DNA from: Malacoraja senta
Taxonomy: Eukaryota
NCBI GenBank assembly: GCA_038087875.1
Contig: CM075993.1
Location: forward strand, 6,450,001-6,514,000
Length of the DNA: 64,000 bases
Reading direction: 5' to 3'
Shown here: positions 38,460 to 50,893 of the stretch, one piece after another
How the letters are laid out: every line of letters begins with the position of its first letter
Numbering within the stretch: the first letter of the stretch is position 1
Notes under the pieces: model-generated
The model's database searches: none
Told to the model about the DNA's origin: nothing
What the model saw: only the letters and a program-made list of their open reading frames with translations
Position numbers and translations under genes: made by a program

Positions 38460-38803
38460 TACGACAGATGGCGCAATGGGCTAAGTGTTCGGCTGGCAAC
38501 CGGAAGGTAGCCGGTTCGAATCCCGCTTGGAGTGCATACTGTCGTTGTGTCCTTGGGCAAGACACTTCACCCACCTTTGCCTGCGTGTGAATGCGTGTGA
38601 GTGATTGGTGGTGGTCGGAGGGGCCGTAGGCGCAGATTAGCAGCCACGCTTCCGTCAGTCTGCCCCAGGGCAGCTGTGGCTACAGAAGTAGCTCACCACC
38701 ACCGAGTGTGACTGAGGAGTGAATGAATAATGCGATGTAAAGCGCCTTGAGTATTAGAAAGGCGCTATATAAATCCCATCCATTATTATTATTATTATTA
38801 TTA
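38460..38803 (+). mobile_element. AFC-like CORE SINE with tRNA head and L2-type tail
   Basis: A box 38469-38479, B box GGTTCGAATCC 38513-38523, gtccttgggcaagacactt core, tgtaaagcgccttgag...ggcgctatataaat plus (tta)n tail. Confidence 0.8.
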
Positions 38804-40963
38804 TCCATGTACCTGTCTAACTGTTTCTTAATTCCGCCGAGATAGTTGTCCAACAAGGTTGACTAATTATTGCCCAGTAGTACACCTATCCATGTTCTCC
38901 AGAGATGCTGCCTGACCCGCTGAATAACAGCCACAGAATTAAACGACGTTCTTTTAGGAAGGAGATGAGGAGGAATTTCTTTAGTCAGATGGTGGTGAAT
39001 CTTTGGAATTCATTCCTGCGGAGGACAAGTCAGTGGATATTTTTAAGGCAGAGATAGATAGATTCTTGATTAGTACGGGTGTCAAAGGTTATGGGGAGAA
39101 GGCAGGAGAATGGGGTTAGGAGGGAGAGATAGGTTAGCCATGATTGAATGGCGGAGTGGACTTGATGGGCCGAATGGCCAAATTCTGCTCCTATCACTTA
39201 TGAACCCAAGTGATGCCATGCTGGTGTTCTCTGTCGGGCACCCATGCTCTTGGTGAAATGGCCGCTGTCATACCGTGGCGGCAGGCCTGGCTTGCTTGCC
39301 GCGGTGCCGGGGAGCCCAACCCGGAGTGGGTCTGATGCTCACCTCCTGCTCGCTCCCGAACATCGGGAACCGGAGAGAAGGTGGGCGATGGGAGTTGGCG
39401 ACGGCAGCATACGCAGGAGCAAGGTCTTACCTTCTGCTCCCTCAAGGTCGGTGGTGGGTGGTACCCCCCCCCCCCCCCCACCACCCACCCGGGGCACCGA
39501 GGCTGAAGGTGGCCGGGCGTGGAGAGGAACGACGGCTCGCGGGACAATATGGACAGAGGCGACGACTGCAACAGATCTTTAGGGCCATGACTTTGAAAAA
39601 GCCACTCAGGCAACTGAACCATCCCATCAAGAACTGGAGAGCAGTCCTGACCTCTCATCTACCTCATTGGAGACCCTCGGACTATCTTTAATCTTAGCAC
39701 TGAACGTTATTCCCTTCATCCTGTATCTGTACACTGTGGACGGCTCGATTGTAATCATCTGGTCTTTCAATCATCAGTCTGGTCTTTACGCTGGATAGCA
39801 TGTAACAAAATAGCTTCCCTTGTACCTCAGTACACGTGACAATATGATAAACTAAGCTAAATATGGTGGGCTGTTTCTATGCATTCTGTACTTTTGTTTT
39901 AGTTTAGTGTACAGCGCGGAAACAAGCCCTTCATCCCACTGAGTCCGCGCCAACCAGCGATCCCCGCACACTATCGCTATCCTACACGCACTAGGGACAA
40001 TTTACAATTATACCGAGCCAATTCTTCTGCAGTTGTACAGGGCTCTGGTGAGACCACATCTGGAGTATTGTGTATAGTTTTGGTCTCCTAATTTGAGGAA
40101 GGACATCCTTGTGATTGAGGCAGTGCAGCGTAGGTTCACGAGATTGATCCCTGCGATGGCGGGACTGTCATATGAGGAAAGATTGAAAAGACTAGGCTTG
40201 TATTCACTGGAGTTTAGAAGGATGAGGGGGAATCTTATAGAAACATATAAAATTATAAAAGGACTGGACAAGCTAGATGCAGGAAAAAATGTTCCCAATG
40301 TTGGGCGAGTCCAGAACCAGGGGCCACAGTCTTAGAATAAAGCGGAGGTCAATTAAGACTGAGGTGAGAAAAAACGTTTTCACCCAGAGAGTTGTGAATT
40401 TACGGAATTCCCTGCCACAGAGGGCAGTGGAGGCCAAGTCACTGGATGGATTTAAGAGAGAGTTAGATAGAGCTCTAAGGGCTAGTGGAGTCAAGGGATA
40501 TGGGGAGAAGGCAGGCACGGGTTATTGATAGGGGACGATCAGCCATGATCACAATGAATGGCGGTGCTGGCTCGAAGGGCCGAATGGCCTCCTCCTGCAC
40601 CTATTTTCTATGTTTCTATGTTTCTAATTAACCTACAAACCTGCACGTCTTTGGAGTGTGGGAGGGAACCGGAGCACCCGGGAGAAAACCCACGCAGGTC
40701 ACGGGGAGAACGTGCAAACTCCGTACAGACAGCACCCGTGGTCGGGATCGAACCCGGGTCTCTGGCGCAGTGAGGCAGCAACTCTAGCGCTGCGCCACCC
40801 GTGAAGTTGAACGTACTCGGGGATTGTACTTGTGCGTGGCAATAATCTCACAGATATGTCTGCAAAAAATTTTTATATCTCCGTACCTCGGTAAACGTGG
40901 TGGTAAAAGAACCATTGAAATGTGAAGAAACTGAAGCTTATTTCACTGTGGGAATAATCAACG

Positions 40964-40969
40964 TTTATT
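40964..40969 (-). terminator. Probable polyadenylation signal of the SEMA7A-like gene (3'UTR ~2.65 kb)
   Basis: First AATAAA I found on the minus strand after the stop; preceded by TGTA in an AT-rich unique block. Confidence 0.5.
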
Positions 40970-42599
40970 GGTCACTGTACAAATATAAATAGCATAATAT
41001 ATTTCAAAATCAGTTGGTGTTAATGTGCGTTGTGTAAAGATTTCAACCATCTATTCACAGTCAGTGTCGTCAGTGTAGAATGCCGTCAGCAATGCTACTC
41101 TGTAATATTCCCCAGCCCACAGTTTGCCATTCACTACACACACGTTTTGGGCAAGTCCATGCATGATGGCAATTCTGTGATCCCCGGCGTTACATTCCAC
41201 TCCCCCTCTTTCACCTTTCACCCCCTCACCCTTTCACCCCCTCCCCTTACACTCCCTCACCCCTCCCCTTTCACCCCCCACACTCCCCTTCCCCCACACA
41301 TCTTACTTCCCCCCCCCACTCTCACCCCCTCCCCCACTATTCCTTCCTCTGGCTTCACAATTTGTAACTCTTCTATTCTTTTCTCTCACAATTTCTTTTT
41401 CCCCATCTCTGTTCTTTGACCATCTGCATATCTAACAAACATCCCCCCCCCCTTTTTCACTGTGTTCACCTTTTACCTGCCGCACTTTGTCCCGCCCCTC
41501 CTCTCTTCCAGCTTTCTCCCCCCGCCCCCCCCCCCCCACACCCCCACACAATCAGTCTGAAAAAGGGTCCCGACCCCAGACGTCACCTATCCATGTTCTC
41601 CAGGGATGCTGCCTGACCTGCAGAGTTTTACTCCAACAGAAAGACACAGAGTGCTGGAGTAACTCAGCGGGCCAGGCAGCACCTCTGGAGAACGCGGATA
41701 GGTGACGTTTCTTATGTCGACCAGCATCTGCGGGTCCTTGCTTCTACACCACCGACCCACCAAGAACAAAACTTGGGCAGGAACAGCAATGCTACACAAA
41801 CGTCGCAATCAGCGCTTCACCTCACCAGGCACAACTGAGAACAATAATTGCAAACAAAAAATAACTTTCAATAAAGTGCAATGATGCAATGCTCCGGAGG
41901 CATAAAACAGCCCAGGAAATAGAAATAAATATGCAGCGATGGGAATGTATCTGAAGGGGGGTGGGGGGGAGAGAGGGGGGGGGGAGAGGGGGGGAGAGAG
42001 GGGGGGGGGGAGAGAGGGCGGGGGAGAGAGGGGGGGGAGAGAAAGATAGATTCTTGTTTAGTACAAGTATCAGGGGTTATGGGGAGAAGGCAGGAGAATG
42101 GGGTTAGGAGGGAGAGATAGAACAGCCATAATTGAATGGCGGAGTAGACTTGATGGGCCGAATGGCCTAATTCTACTCCTATTCCTTATGACTGTATGTG
42201 CATCACCCAGGGGGTGAACCCCGTGTCTTCCAGGGTTAAGTTGAACATTGGGAGGAACCTGGAGATATTTCCGTGTTCCCCGCAGAAGCAGTACATGGTG
42301 GCATTAAGTATTAATTCACTACTGACAACATTAGAACGTTAGCCTGACTCCTTTGTTAGCATTTCAAAAGCAGTTCTTCCAATGCTTGACAACGGAAAGC
42401 TATTTAAAAGCAGGAATATCGAAGGCATCGTGTCAGAGAGCAAACTACTGCGGCTGGACATGCGTAGAGGGGACCGTGGAACGTGGAACGGCCCCAATAG
42501 TCAAGGTGGAATAGTCGGTCAACTTTCATCAATCAAAATGGCCACGAGGGTAAGTTGCTCGAGATAACGCAATACCCTTGGAAGGTGGTAATAATCATA

Positions 42600-43205
42600 A
42601 TCATATAGTAAATACAGTGTGGAAACAGGCCCTTCAGCCCAACTTGACCACACCGGCCAACATGTCCCACCTGCCTAGTCCCACCTGCCTACGCTTGGTC
42701 CATATTCCTCCAAGCCTGTCCTACCCATGTATCTGTCTAACTGTTTCTTAAACAATGGGATAGTCCCAGCCTCAACTACCTCCTCTGGCAGCTTGTTCCA
42801 TACACCCACCACTCTGTGTGTGAAAAAGTTAACCCTCAGATTCCGATTAACTCTTTTCCCCTTCACCTTGAACCTATGTCCTCTGGTCCTCGATTCCCCT
42901 ACTCTGAGCAAGAGACTCTGTGTGTCTAACCGATCTATTCCTCTCATGATTTTGTACACCTCTATAAGATCTCCCTTGATCTTCCTACGCTCCATAGAAT
43001 AGAGACCCAGCCTACTCAACCTCTTCCTGTAGCTCACACCCTCTAGTCCTGGCAACATTTTCATAAATCTTCTCGGAACCCTTTCAAGCTTGACAATATC
43101 TTTCCTATAACATGGTGCCCAGAACTGAACACAATATTCTAAATGCGGTCTCACCAACGTCTTATACAACTGCAACAATGCCTTCCCAACTTCTATACTC
43201 AATAC
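42600..43205 (-). mobile_element. CR1 3' fragment within the putative SEMA7A 3'UTR
   Basis: ORF 42675..43214 LYKTLVRPHLEYCVQFW...WNKLP. Confidence 0.88.
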
Positions 43206-43613
43206 TCGGTACACAGAATGGTGTGGGCATTGTGTTATCCAAGCACAAGGATGGTTGTTGTGATGACGTGCGCTTCCAATTAGTTTAGTTTAGCTGATGA
43301 AATGTGTAGGAAAGAACTGCAGATGCCGATTTAAACCAAAGATAAGGACAATTTACACTTATACCAAGCCAATTAGCCTACAAAACCTGTATGGCTTCGG
43401 AGTGTGGGAGGAAGCTGAAGACCTCGGAGAAAACCCACGCAGGTGACGGGGAGAAGGTACAAACTCCGTACAGGCAGTGCCTGTCTGTACAGATCGAACA
43501 CAGGTCTCTGGCGCTACAAGGCAGCAACTCGACCGCTGCGCCACCATGCAGGGGAAAGGGGAAGGGGTAAGTATGTTGTTTTTTTCACCCTGCATGGGGA
43601 ACAGAAGTTATAA

Positions 43614-43981
43614 TCAGTGCAGAACCTGACAAAGGGCTATCACCAAGACAGAATAGAAAGCAACACTGGACACGTATACAGTGGAGGCACTGTTGCCCTG
43701 AATGTTGTAACTAGCATGTAATTGTTCAACGCCCTTTTCATAGGAAAAGCATTTGTACGAGCCAACTTTATCTTCAGTAAATTGTGTTATGAGGAGCAAA
43801 CAATTATCGTCATTGGAGGAACAGGGCAGCTCCTTCTCTCCCTCGTTGAACTTCCACGTGTAATCTGCGTGGTAGGATTGCTTCGGGCAGGAGAGGTACA
43901 CAGGGATGTCTTCATTCAGGGGCAAGCGGAGAACCGTCTTACCGGATTGAGGCCTTGGGGCCGAGGAACGTGACATCGCAG
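43614..43981 (-). CDS. SEMA7A: SEMA7A-like terminal coding exon: Ig domain plus GPI-anchor signal
   Basis: cctag|(A)AMSRSS...VYLSCPKQSYHADYTW...GSYKC...GNSASTVYVSSVAFYSVLVIALCQVLH*; hydrophobic C-terminus with no cytoplasmic tail, typical of class 7. Confidence 0.92.
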
Positions 43982-45800
43982 CTAGGAGGATGAAGACAGA
44001 GATCGTTAGTTGGCACGAGACCAAAGGAAGTGCAGATGCTGAAATCTTGAGGCAAACACAAAATGGTGGAGGGACTGAACCAGTCAGGCAGCTTCTTTAG
44101 TTTAGTTTAGTTTAGCTTAGTTTAGAGATACAGCGCGGTAACAGGCCCACCAGAGTCCACGCCGACCAGCGATCCCCACTCATTAACACTATCCTACACA
44201 CACCAGGGACAATTTTACACTTATACCAAGCCAATTAACCTACAAACCTGTATGTCATTGGAGTGTGGGAGGAAACCGAAGATCTCGGAGAAAACCCACG
44301 CAGGTCACGGGGAGAACGTGCAAACTCCGTACAGCACCCGTAGTCGGGATCGAACCCGGGTCTCTGGCGCTGTGAGGCAGCAACTCTACCGCTGAGCCAC
44401 ACTTTAGAGGGAAATGGCCAGATACCGTTTCGGGTTGGGATCCTTCTTCAGACTCTAGTTTAGTTTAGTTTAGAGATAAAGGGATTAAGGGCGGGACGGT
44501 GGTGCAGCGGTAGAGTTGCTGGCTAATAAAGTATGATTATGATTATGATTTAGGAAGGGGATGAGGAGGAATTTCTTTAGCCAGAGGGTGGTGAATCTGT
44601 GGAATTCATTGCCGCAGAAGGCTGTGGAGGCCAAGTCAATGGATATTTTTAAGACAGAGATAGATAGTTTTTTGATTAGTATGGGGGTCTGGGGTTATGG
44701 GGAGGAGAGATGGGGTTAGAGTAGATCAGCCATGATTGAATGGCCTAATTCTGCTCCTATCACTAATTCATCTTATGAAACTCTTGTCCCTATTTTTTCC
44801 CTTCTTGCAGAAAGAGGAAGTCAGTCTCACGTCCTCACTTAGAAACAAAATTACAGAGCTAAGGGATTTTAAAAATAGACTATCCTCCCTTTAAAGACAG
44901 GGACTTTGTTTGGACATATCTGATCATATACTGTCCCAGTGGCTGTAAAAGGTCCCAGTGACACATCCTAACAACACAACCTCCATGGCATTCATGCCAA
45001 GTGCTGTAGGTCTGAAGTGACGAGTATCGATCCGGTCTACAGGTGCTGTCTCTGTGGAGTTTGTACATTCCACTCGTGACCTGTGTGGGTTTTCTCCGGG
45101 TGCTCCAGTTTCCTCCCACTCTCCTAAGACATGCAGGTTTGTAGGTTAATTGGCTTGGTATAATTGTAAATAGTCCCGAGTGTGTGTAGAATCGTGTTAG
45201 TGTGCGGGGATCACTGGTCAGGGCGAAGGGCCTGTTTCTGCTCTGTCTCTCTTAACTAAACTAAAGTAAAGGAAGTTTACCAGAATGTTGCCTGGATTAG
45301 AGCGTATTAGCTTCAAGCTGAGGTTGGACCGACTTGGATTGCTTTCTCTGGAACGCAGGGGGTCGCTGGATGGAAGTATTTAACACTATGAGAGGCATAG
45401 ATATGGTAGACAGTCAGAACCTTTTATCCCAGGATGGAAAAATCAAATACTAGAGAGCACAGGTTTAAGGTGAGAGGGGAAAAGTTCAAAGGAGATGTGG
45501 GGGGCAACTTTTTCCGAACACAGAGGGTGGTGGGTGCCTGGAACGCACCGCCAGGGTGGGTGGTTGAGGCAGATACAATAGTGGCGTTTAAGAGACTTAT
45601 GGTTAGGCATAATGGATATGCAAGGAATGGAGGGACATGGATGTCTAGGTAGAGAGAAGATGGTCTTAGCATCATGTTTGGCACAGACGTAGTGGGCTGA
45701 AGGGCCTGTTCTTGTGCTGCACTGTTCTATGTTTTAACTGAACCTGTGAGCAGTGGAGTAAAACCATGCATTATATGAACATGTTTCAAAGCGACCTTAC

Positions 45801-45850
45801 CTTCGTTGGTGAAACAGCCATCACCACTAGTGAGATTCTGAACGACTTTC
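45801..45850 (-). CDS. SEMA7A: SEMA7A-like coding exon (~exon 13)
   Basis: tcacag|(K)[16 protein letters not shown]|gtaagg; 50 bp, phase 2/1, bridges the neighbouring exons in frame. Confidence 0.82.
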
Positions 45851-46394
45851 CTGTGAACAGAAATGAAATGTCTATGTTGGAAATGTGTGTACACGCACAC
45901 AGGTACATGCACGCACGCACACGCACACACACGTGCACACACACACACACGCACGCACACGCACACACACGCGCACACACACGCACACGCACACGCACAC
46001 GCACACACTGAACTTGTTTCTCTCATTTATTGTATTGTTTACAGAGTACTATGATCACAGATTGTGTTGTGCTGTTGAATGCAGAACTGCATTGTTCTAT
46101 CTGGGACAGTTGACAATAAAACGCTGGACTCCTGAATCTTGAACGACTGAACCCAATTAATGCAGCACAATCCAACCAGGTGAAAATCACCAGACAGCGC
46201 GTCTCAACGACACGAGATGAAGGACAGAGGTGGGACAACCCGTCCTTAACGGACAATCCGCTGTGACGTGTTTAACGGCCAGTTGCCAGAACGTACAGGG
46301 CGGTGAATGAACCACTTGGAGGGTGGACAGGTCTAGCAAGGCAGCGCCCCCTCAGTACTTCACTGGAGCTTGTCTGGGTTTCATGCAGAGGACA

Positions 46395-46489
46395 GGGGTG
46401 GGAGATTGCAACCTTCACGTGGTCCGTCCAATCAAATAGAACAAGTTGTCCCACAACTTTCGGCTGTGCACGCCACACGCAAGAAGAAG
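46395..46489 (+). mobile_element. Second copy of the HDV-headed retroposon, internally deleted, in a SEMA7A intron
   Basis: ggggtgggagattgcaaccttcacgtggtccg...(aag)n; degenerate TSD atgcagaggaca / atgcggagaacg. Confidence 0.75.
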
Positions 46490-46527
46490 ATGCGGAGAAC
46501 GGAAAGAAACTAAAATGACAGACTCAC

Positions 46528-46688
46528 TTTGAATTAGGTATGACGGCGACACACTTCTTGTGGTCGTTATCCCATCCACAGTAAGGGTCTCTGGCCTGGA
46601 CACAACCTGGACACGAATCAACATATTCCTCACACGCAACCAGTGGGAACCGAACCAGCTCCATGGTCGAAGTGACGTACAGAAGTTT
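46528..46688 (-). CDS. SEMA7A: SEMA7A-like coding exon (~exon 12), PSI domain
   Basis: ttctag|KLLYVTSTMELVRFPLVACEEYVDSCPGCVQARDPYCGWDNDHKKCVAVIPNS|gtgagt; 161 bp; CxxC..RDPYCGW; not captured in the ORF track. Confidence 0.95.
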
Positions 46689-48003
46689 CTAGAAAGAAAA
46701 AGTGTTTTTTTAATAATGATTATTTTCAATGTTTTTCAATGAACATTAAATACAGGAAAATATTTCTAGAATTTTTCTGGAAATATTTTATTATTAATAA
46801 AGTATTTCTGAAAGTATTTTATTAATATATATTAATAAAACATAAGTATTGGAACATAATTCCAGACAATGCTGCAAATAAATACCAATAGTTAATTTAG
46901 TTTAGTTCGGTTTAGAGATACAGGGCAGAAACAGGCCCTTCGGCCCACCGAGTCCGCGCCGACCAGCGATCCCCGCACACTAACACTATCCTACACACAC
47001 TAGGGACAATTTTCATTTATACCAAGCCAATTAACCTACAAACCTGCAGGTCTTTGGAGTGTGGGAGGAAACCGAAGATCTCGGAGAAAACCCACGCAGG
47101 TCACGGGGAGAACGTACAAACTCCGTACAGGCAGCACCCGTAGTCAGGATTGAACCTGGTTCTCTGGCGCTGTAAGGCAGCAACTCTACCGCTGTGCCAC
47201 CTTGCCGCCCATAAAGGGTTTAATGTCTTTTTTTAAATGATTATTATTTTCAATGTTTTTCTATCAACATGAAGTATGGGAATTATTTCTGGTCACTGCT
47301 AGTAATGAATACTATGGGAAAATATTTGTGCTCAATGCTAATGAAAGGAAAATATTTCTGGTCAATTTTATTATGAGTAATAATTATAGGGAATATTTCT
47401 GGTCATTGATATCAATAAACATTTATTGCAGGAAAATAATCTCCGATACTTAGTCTTTTTTAATACCGAAAATCCGAGCGGTCACGGGGAGAACGTACAA
47501 CTCCGTACAGACAGCACCCGTAGTCAGGATCGAACCTGGGTCTCTGGCGCTGTAAGGCAGCAACTCCACCGCTGTGCCACCATGCCGCCCTGGGAAATTA
47601 TTTCTGATCGATGGTATTAATAACTAATAAGTATGGGAAAACATTCCCGGTCAATGCTTTAAAAAAATAATATATAATGGGAAGATAGACACATAATGCT
47701 GGAGTAACTCAGCGGGACAGGCAGCATCTCTGGAGAGAAGGAACAGATATCGTCTCGGGTCGAGCCGATACGTCACCCATTCCTTCTCTCCAGAGATGCT
47801 GCCTGTCCCGCTGAGTTACTCCAGCATTTTGTGTCTATCTTTGATTTAAACCAGCATCTGCAGTTCTTTCCTACACACTAAATAAAGGGAAGATTATTAC
47901 AGCCAAATGTATTAATAAATAATTATAGGAACATATTTTTGGTCATTGGTTCTACTGATTATCATTTCCAGGTCAGAGGGTGACCATTGACCTTTGAACT
48001 TAC

Positions 48004-48119
48004 CCTGTCAGAGTCGAGGGATAAGGATAAGATGGGAGCAGGTTTCTTCAAAACAGTAAGCTGCGCTATGGTGAAGGTGGAATTAGCAGTCTCAAGAACC
48101 TTGTGGATTGTACCGTCTC
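48004..48119 (-). CDS. SEMA7A: SEMA7A-like coding exon (~exon 11)
   Basis: ccacag|(G)DGTIHKVLETANSTFTIAQLTVLKKPAPILSLSLDSDR|gtaagt; 116 bp; GTIHKV motif as in human SEMA7A. Confidence 0.92.
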
Positions 48120-48879
48120 CTGTGGGGTGAAGAAGATTGGCCAGGGTTATAGAGAGGTGAGAACATTCACCATCCTCATACAAGGCATTCCACAGCGGTT
48201 GGCAATAAGGTTAGAGATCACAGCTCAAACATCTCGGAGGAACACTGCCCTAGGTTCATGTTCATAAATGATAGGAGCAGGATTAGACCCTTTCGGCCCA
48301 TCAAGTCTACTCCGCCATTCAATCATGGCTGATCTACCTCCCCTCCTAACCCCATTCTCCTGCCTTCTCCCCACAACCTCTGATACCCGTACTAACCAAG
48401 AATCTATCTATCTCTGCCTTAAATATACCCATTGGCTTGGCCCCCACAGCCTTCTGTGGCAATGAATTCCACAGATTCACCACCCAACAGCTGTCAGGGC
48501 CCATTCGGCCCATCAAGTCTACTCCGCCATTCAATCATGGCTGATCTATCTCTCCCTCCTAACCTCTGACACACGTACTAATCAAGATTTGCTGATTTGC
48601 ATTATGGAACAGTAACCATTAGTTAGCCAAGTAAGCCTCTCTTGCCTGATCTGTGACCTGGTAAATGATGTTAGAGAGATACAACATTGTGTGCAGTTTT
48701 GGTCTCCTAGTTTGAGGAAGGAAGTTCTTGCTATTGAGGGAGTGCAGCGTAGGTTCACCAGGTTAATTCCCGGGATGGCGGGACTGACATATGGGGTGCT
48801 GGCTCAAAGGACCGAATGGCCTGCTTCTACACCTATTTTCTATGTTTCTAATGTGTATCAACTGGCTATCAGCACCTAC

Positions 48880-49075
48880 CCATGGCTAGGATCAGCAGCC
48901 GGTTCAGCTCTCCCTTCGGACCAACAACGGAATCCACGATTATCTTCTTGATGTGTGGCTCATAACTGGTCATGAGTGGACGGTTTCCGATGGGATGAAT
49001 CCAATCCACCATTTCAGGATGATTCTCTACAAGAGTGAGCACTTCATCCGGCAATTCCTTTGTGTTTTTGACACA
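48880..49075 (-). CDS. SEMA7A: SEMA7A-like coding exon (~exon 10)
   Basis: ccgcag|CVKNTKELPDEVLTLVENHPEMVDWIHP...LLILAM-G|gtaggt; 196 bp. Confidence 0.92.
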
Positions 49076-49359
49076 CTGCGGTGAAGAGGGAGCAATAACA
49101 GAAAGCAAGTTATTTGCCAGTCCAATGTGCTTCAGTGCCAAAGGCAAATGATCAGTGAGTACCAGATTCAGGAACAGCTTCTTCCCCTCTGTTACCAGAC
49201 TTCAAACGGAATCAGGGAATCAGAGGAGAAAGCGGGAACGGGGTCCTGATTCTGGATGATCAGCCATGATCATATTGAACGGCGGCGCTGGCTCGATGGG
49301 CCGAATGGCCTACGCCTGCAACTATGTTTCTATGTTTCTATCCACCCGTGATTCCTCAC

Positions 49360-49471
49360 CGTGCCTGGTCTTGGGTTACTGGGAACAGGGCCATTGGAGT
49401 CCTTAAAGGCAGAAGTTGCAAAGACTTTACTAATCTCCTTCATGGAGTAAACACACATGGCTGTTCCATTC
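49360..49471 (-). CDS. SEMA7A: SEMA7A-like coding exon (~exon 9)
   Basis: tttcag|(W)NGTAMCVYSMKEISKVFATSAFKDSNGPVPSNPRPGT|gtgagg; 112 bp; PRPG motif. Confidence 0.93.
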
Positions 49472-49542
49472 CTGAAAAACAAAAGACACCACATTAGATC
49501 GGTGTTCAGCGTGTGGAAGAGAACTGGAACAAAGTGTATTAC

Positions 49543-49860
49543 TTGGAGGAACAGCACCTCATATTTCGCTTGGGCAGCTTACACACCAGCGGTATGAACA
49601 TTGACTTCTCTAACTTCAAGTAGCCCTTGCTTTCCCTCTCTCTCCATCCCCTTCCCCTTCCCAGTTCTCCCACCAGTCCTACTGTCTCCGACTACATTCT
49701 ATCTCCGTCCCACCCACTCCCCTGACATCAGTCTGAAGAAGGGTCTCGACCCAAAACGTCACCCATTCCTTCTCTCCAGAGATGCTGCCTGTCCCGCTGT
49801 TACTCCAGCATTTTGTGTCCATCTTCGATTTAAACCAGCACCTGCAGTTCTTTCCTACAC
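49543..49860 (+). mobile_element. Penelope-like element 3' end: GIY-YIG C-terminus plus pseudo-LTR with hammerhead motif; similar piece at 19050-19235
   Basis: LEEQHLIFRLGSLHTSGMNIDFSNFK* followed by ctgaagaagggtctcgacccaaaacgtc and the common gatgctgcctgtcccgctg repeat. Confidence 0.75.
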
Positions 49861-50714
49861 AAAGTGTATCACTTCTCCTGCTCAGCAATGAAATCCATGC
49901 TCTCTCTCTGAATGACCTTGGATGCATTGTTATCTGATACGAATCATCTGTATGTCGATGAATACCATCTTGAAATTCTACCGTAGTGGCTGCTCAGCGG
50001 TGAGAGGCGGCACGGTGGCACAACGGTAGAGTTGCTGCCTTCCACCGCCAGAGACCTGGGTTCGATCCTGACTAGGGGTGCTGTCTGCACGGAGTTTGTA
50101 TGAGTGGGTTTTCTGCAGGTGTTCCGGTTTCCTCCCACACTCCAAAGACATGCAGGTTTGTCGGTTAGTTGGCTTCGGTAAAATTGTACTTTGTCCCTTG
50201 TGTGTAGGTTTGAGCTCGTGAGCGCTAACGTGATCGTGTTTCCACGCAGTATCGCTAAGGTCTAAAGTCGGAGTACTTTAGGGATTGATGGAACAGTTTT
50301 CAATATGTTGTCATGGTCATAAGATCAACCACGTTAGTTTAGTTTCGGGTTTAGTTTAGTTTAGAGATACAGTGCAGAAACTGGCTCTTCGGCCCATGGA
50401 GTCCACGCCAACCTGTGATCTCCCGCACACTAACACTATCCAACACACACTAGGGACAATTTACAATGTTACCAAGCCAATTAACCTACAAACCTGTACG
50501 TCTTTGGAGTGTGGGAGGAAACCGAACCACATACACACACGTACTATTGGAAGATGTCGGAGAAAGCCCATGCAGGTCACGGGGAGAACGCACAAACTCT
50601 GTACAGACAGCACCTGTAGCCATGATCAAACCCAGGTCTCTGGCTCTGTAAGGCAGCAACTCTACCGCTGCGCCACCGTGCCTCCCACTTGTCCTGCATT
50701 TCCTGTGGACTCAC

Positions 50715-50893
50715 CAATTACTGCTAAACACGCCGTAGACCCTTGTTTCATCGTCAACGGGCGACTTGTAAATGAAGGTGTCTTCAATCTTGTTGAAGTG
50801 GACTTTGTTGGCCGGCTCGTTACAGAGCAGGCGGGCTTTGAGGAAGGTCGACCACTTCATCTGCAGTCGTTTCCGAGATCCACCATGGTCATT
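50715..50893 (-). CDS. SEMA7A: SEMA7A-like coding exon (~exon 8)
   Basis: ccacag|NDHGGSRKRLQMKWSTFLKARLLC...ETRVYGVFSSNW|gtgagt; 179 bp; hallmark KWxTFLKAxLxC motif. Confidence 0.95.

Noticed and set aside
39200..39600. GC-rich ORFs of 112-154 aa
   Set aside because: No recognisable domain or splice signals; directly joined to a Rex1-type 3'UTR, so probably repeat-derived.
1..40900. CYP11A1 or another syntenic neighbour downstream of SEMA7A
   Set aside because: No recognisable P450 or other host coding exon found by eye; small exons could have been missed.
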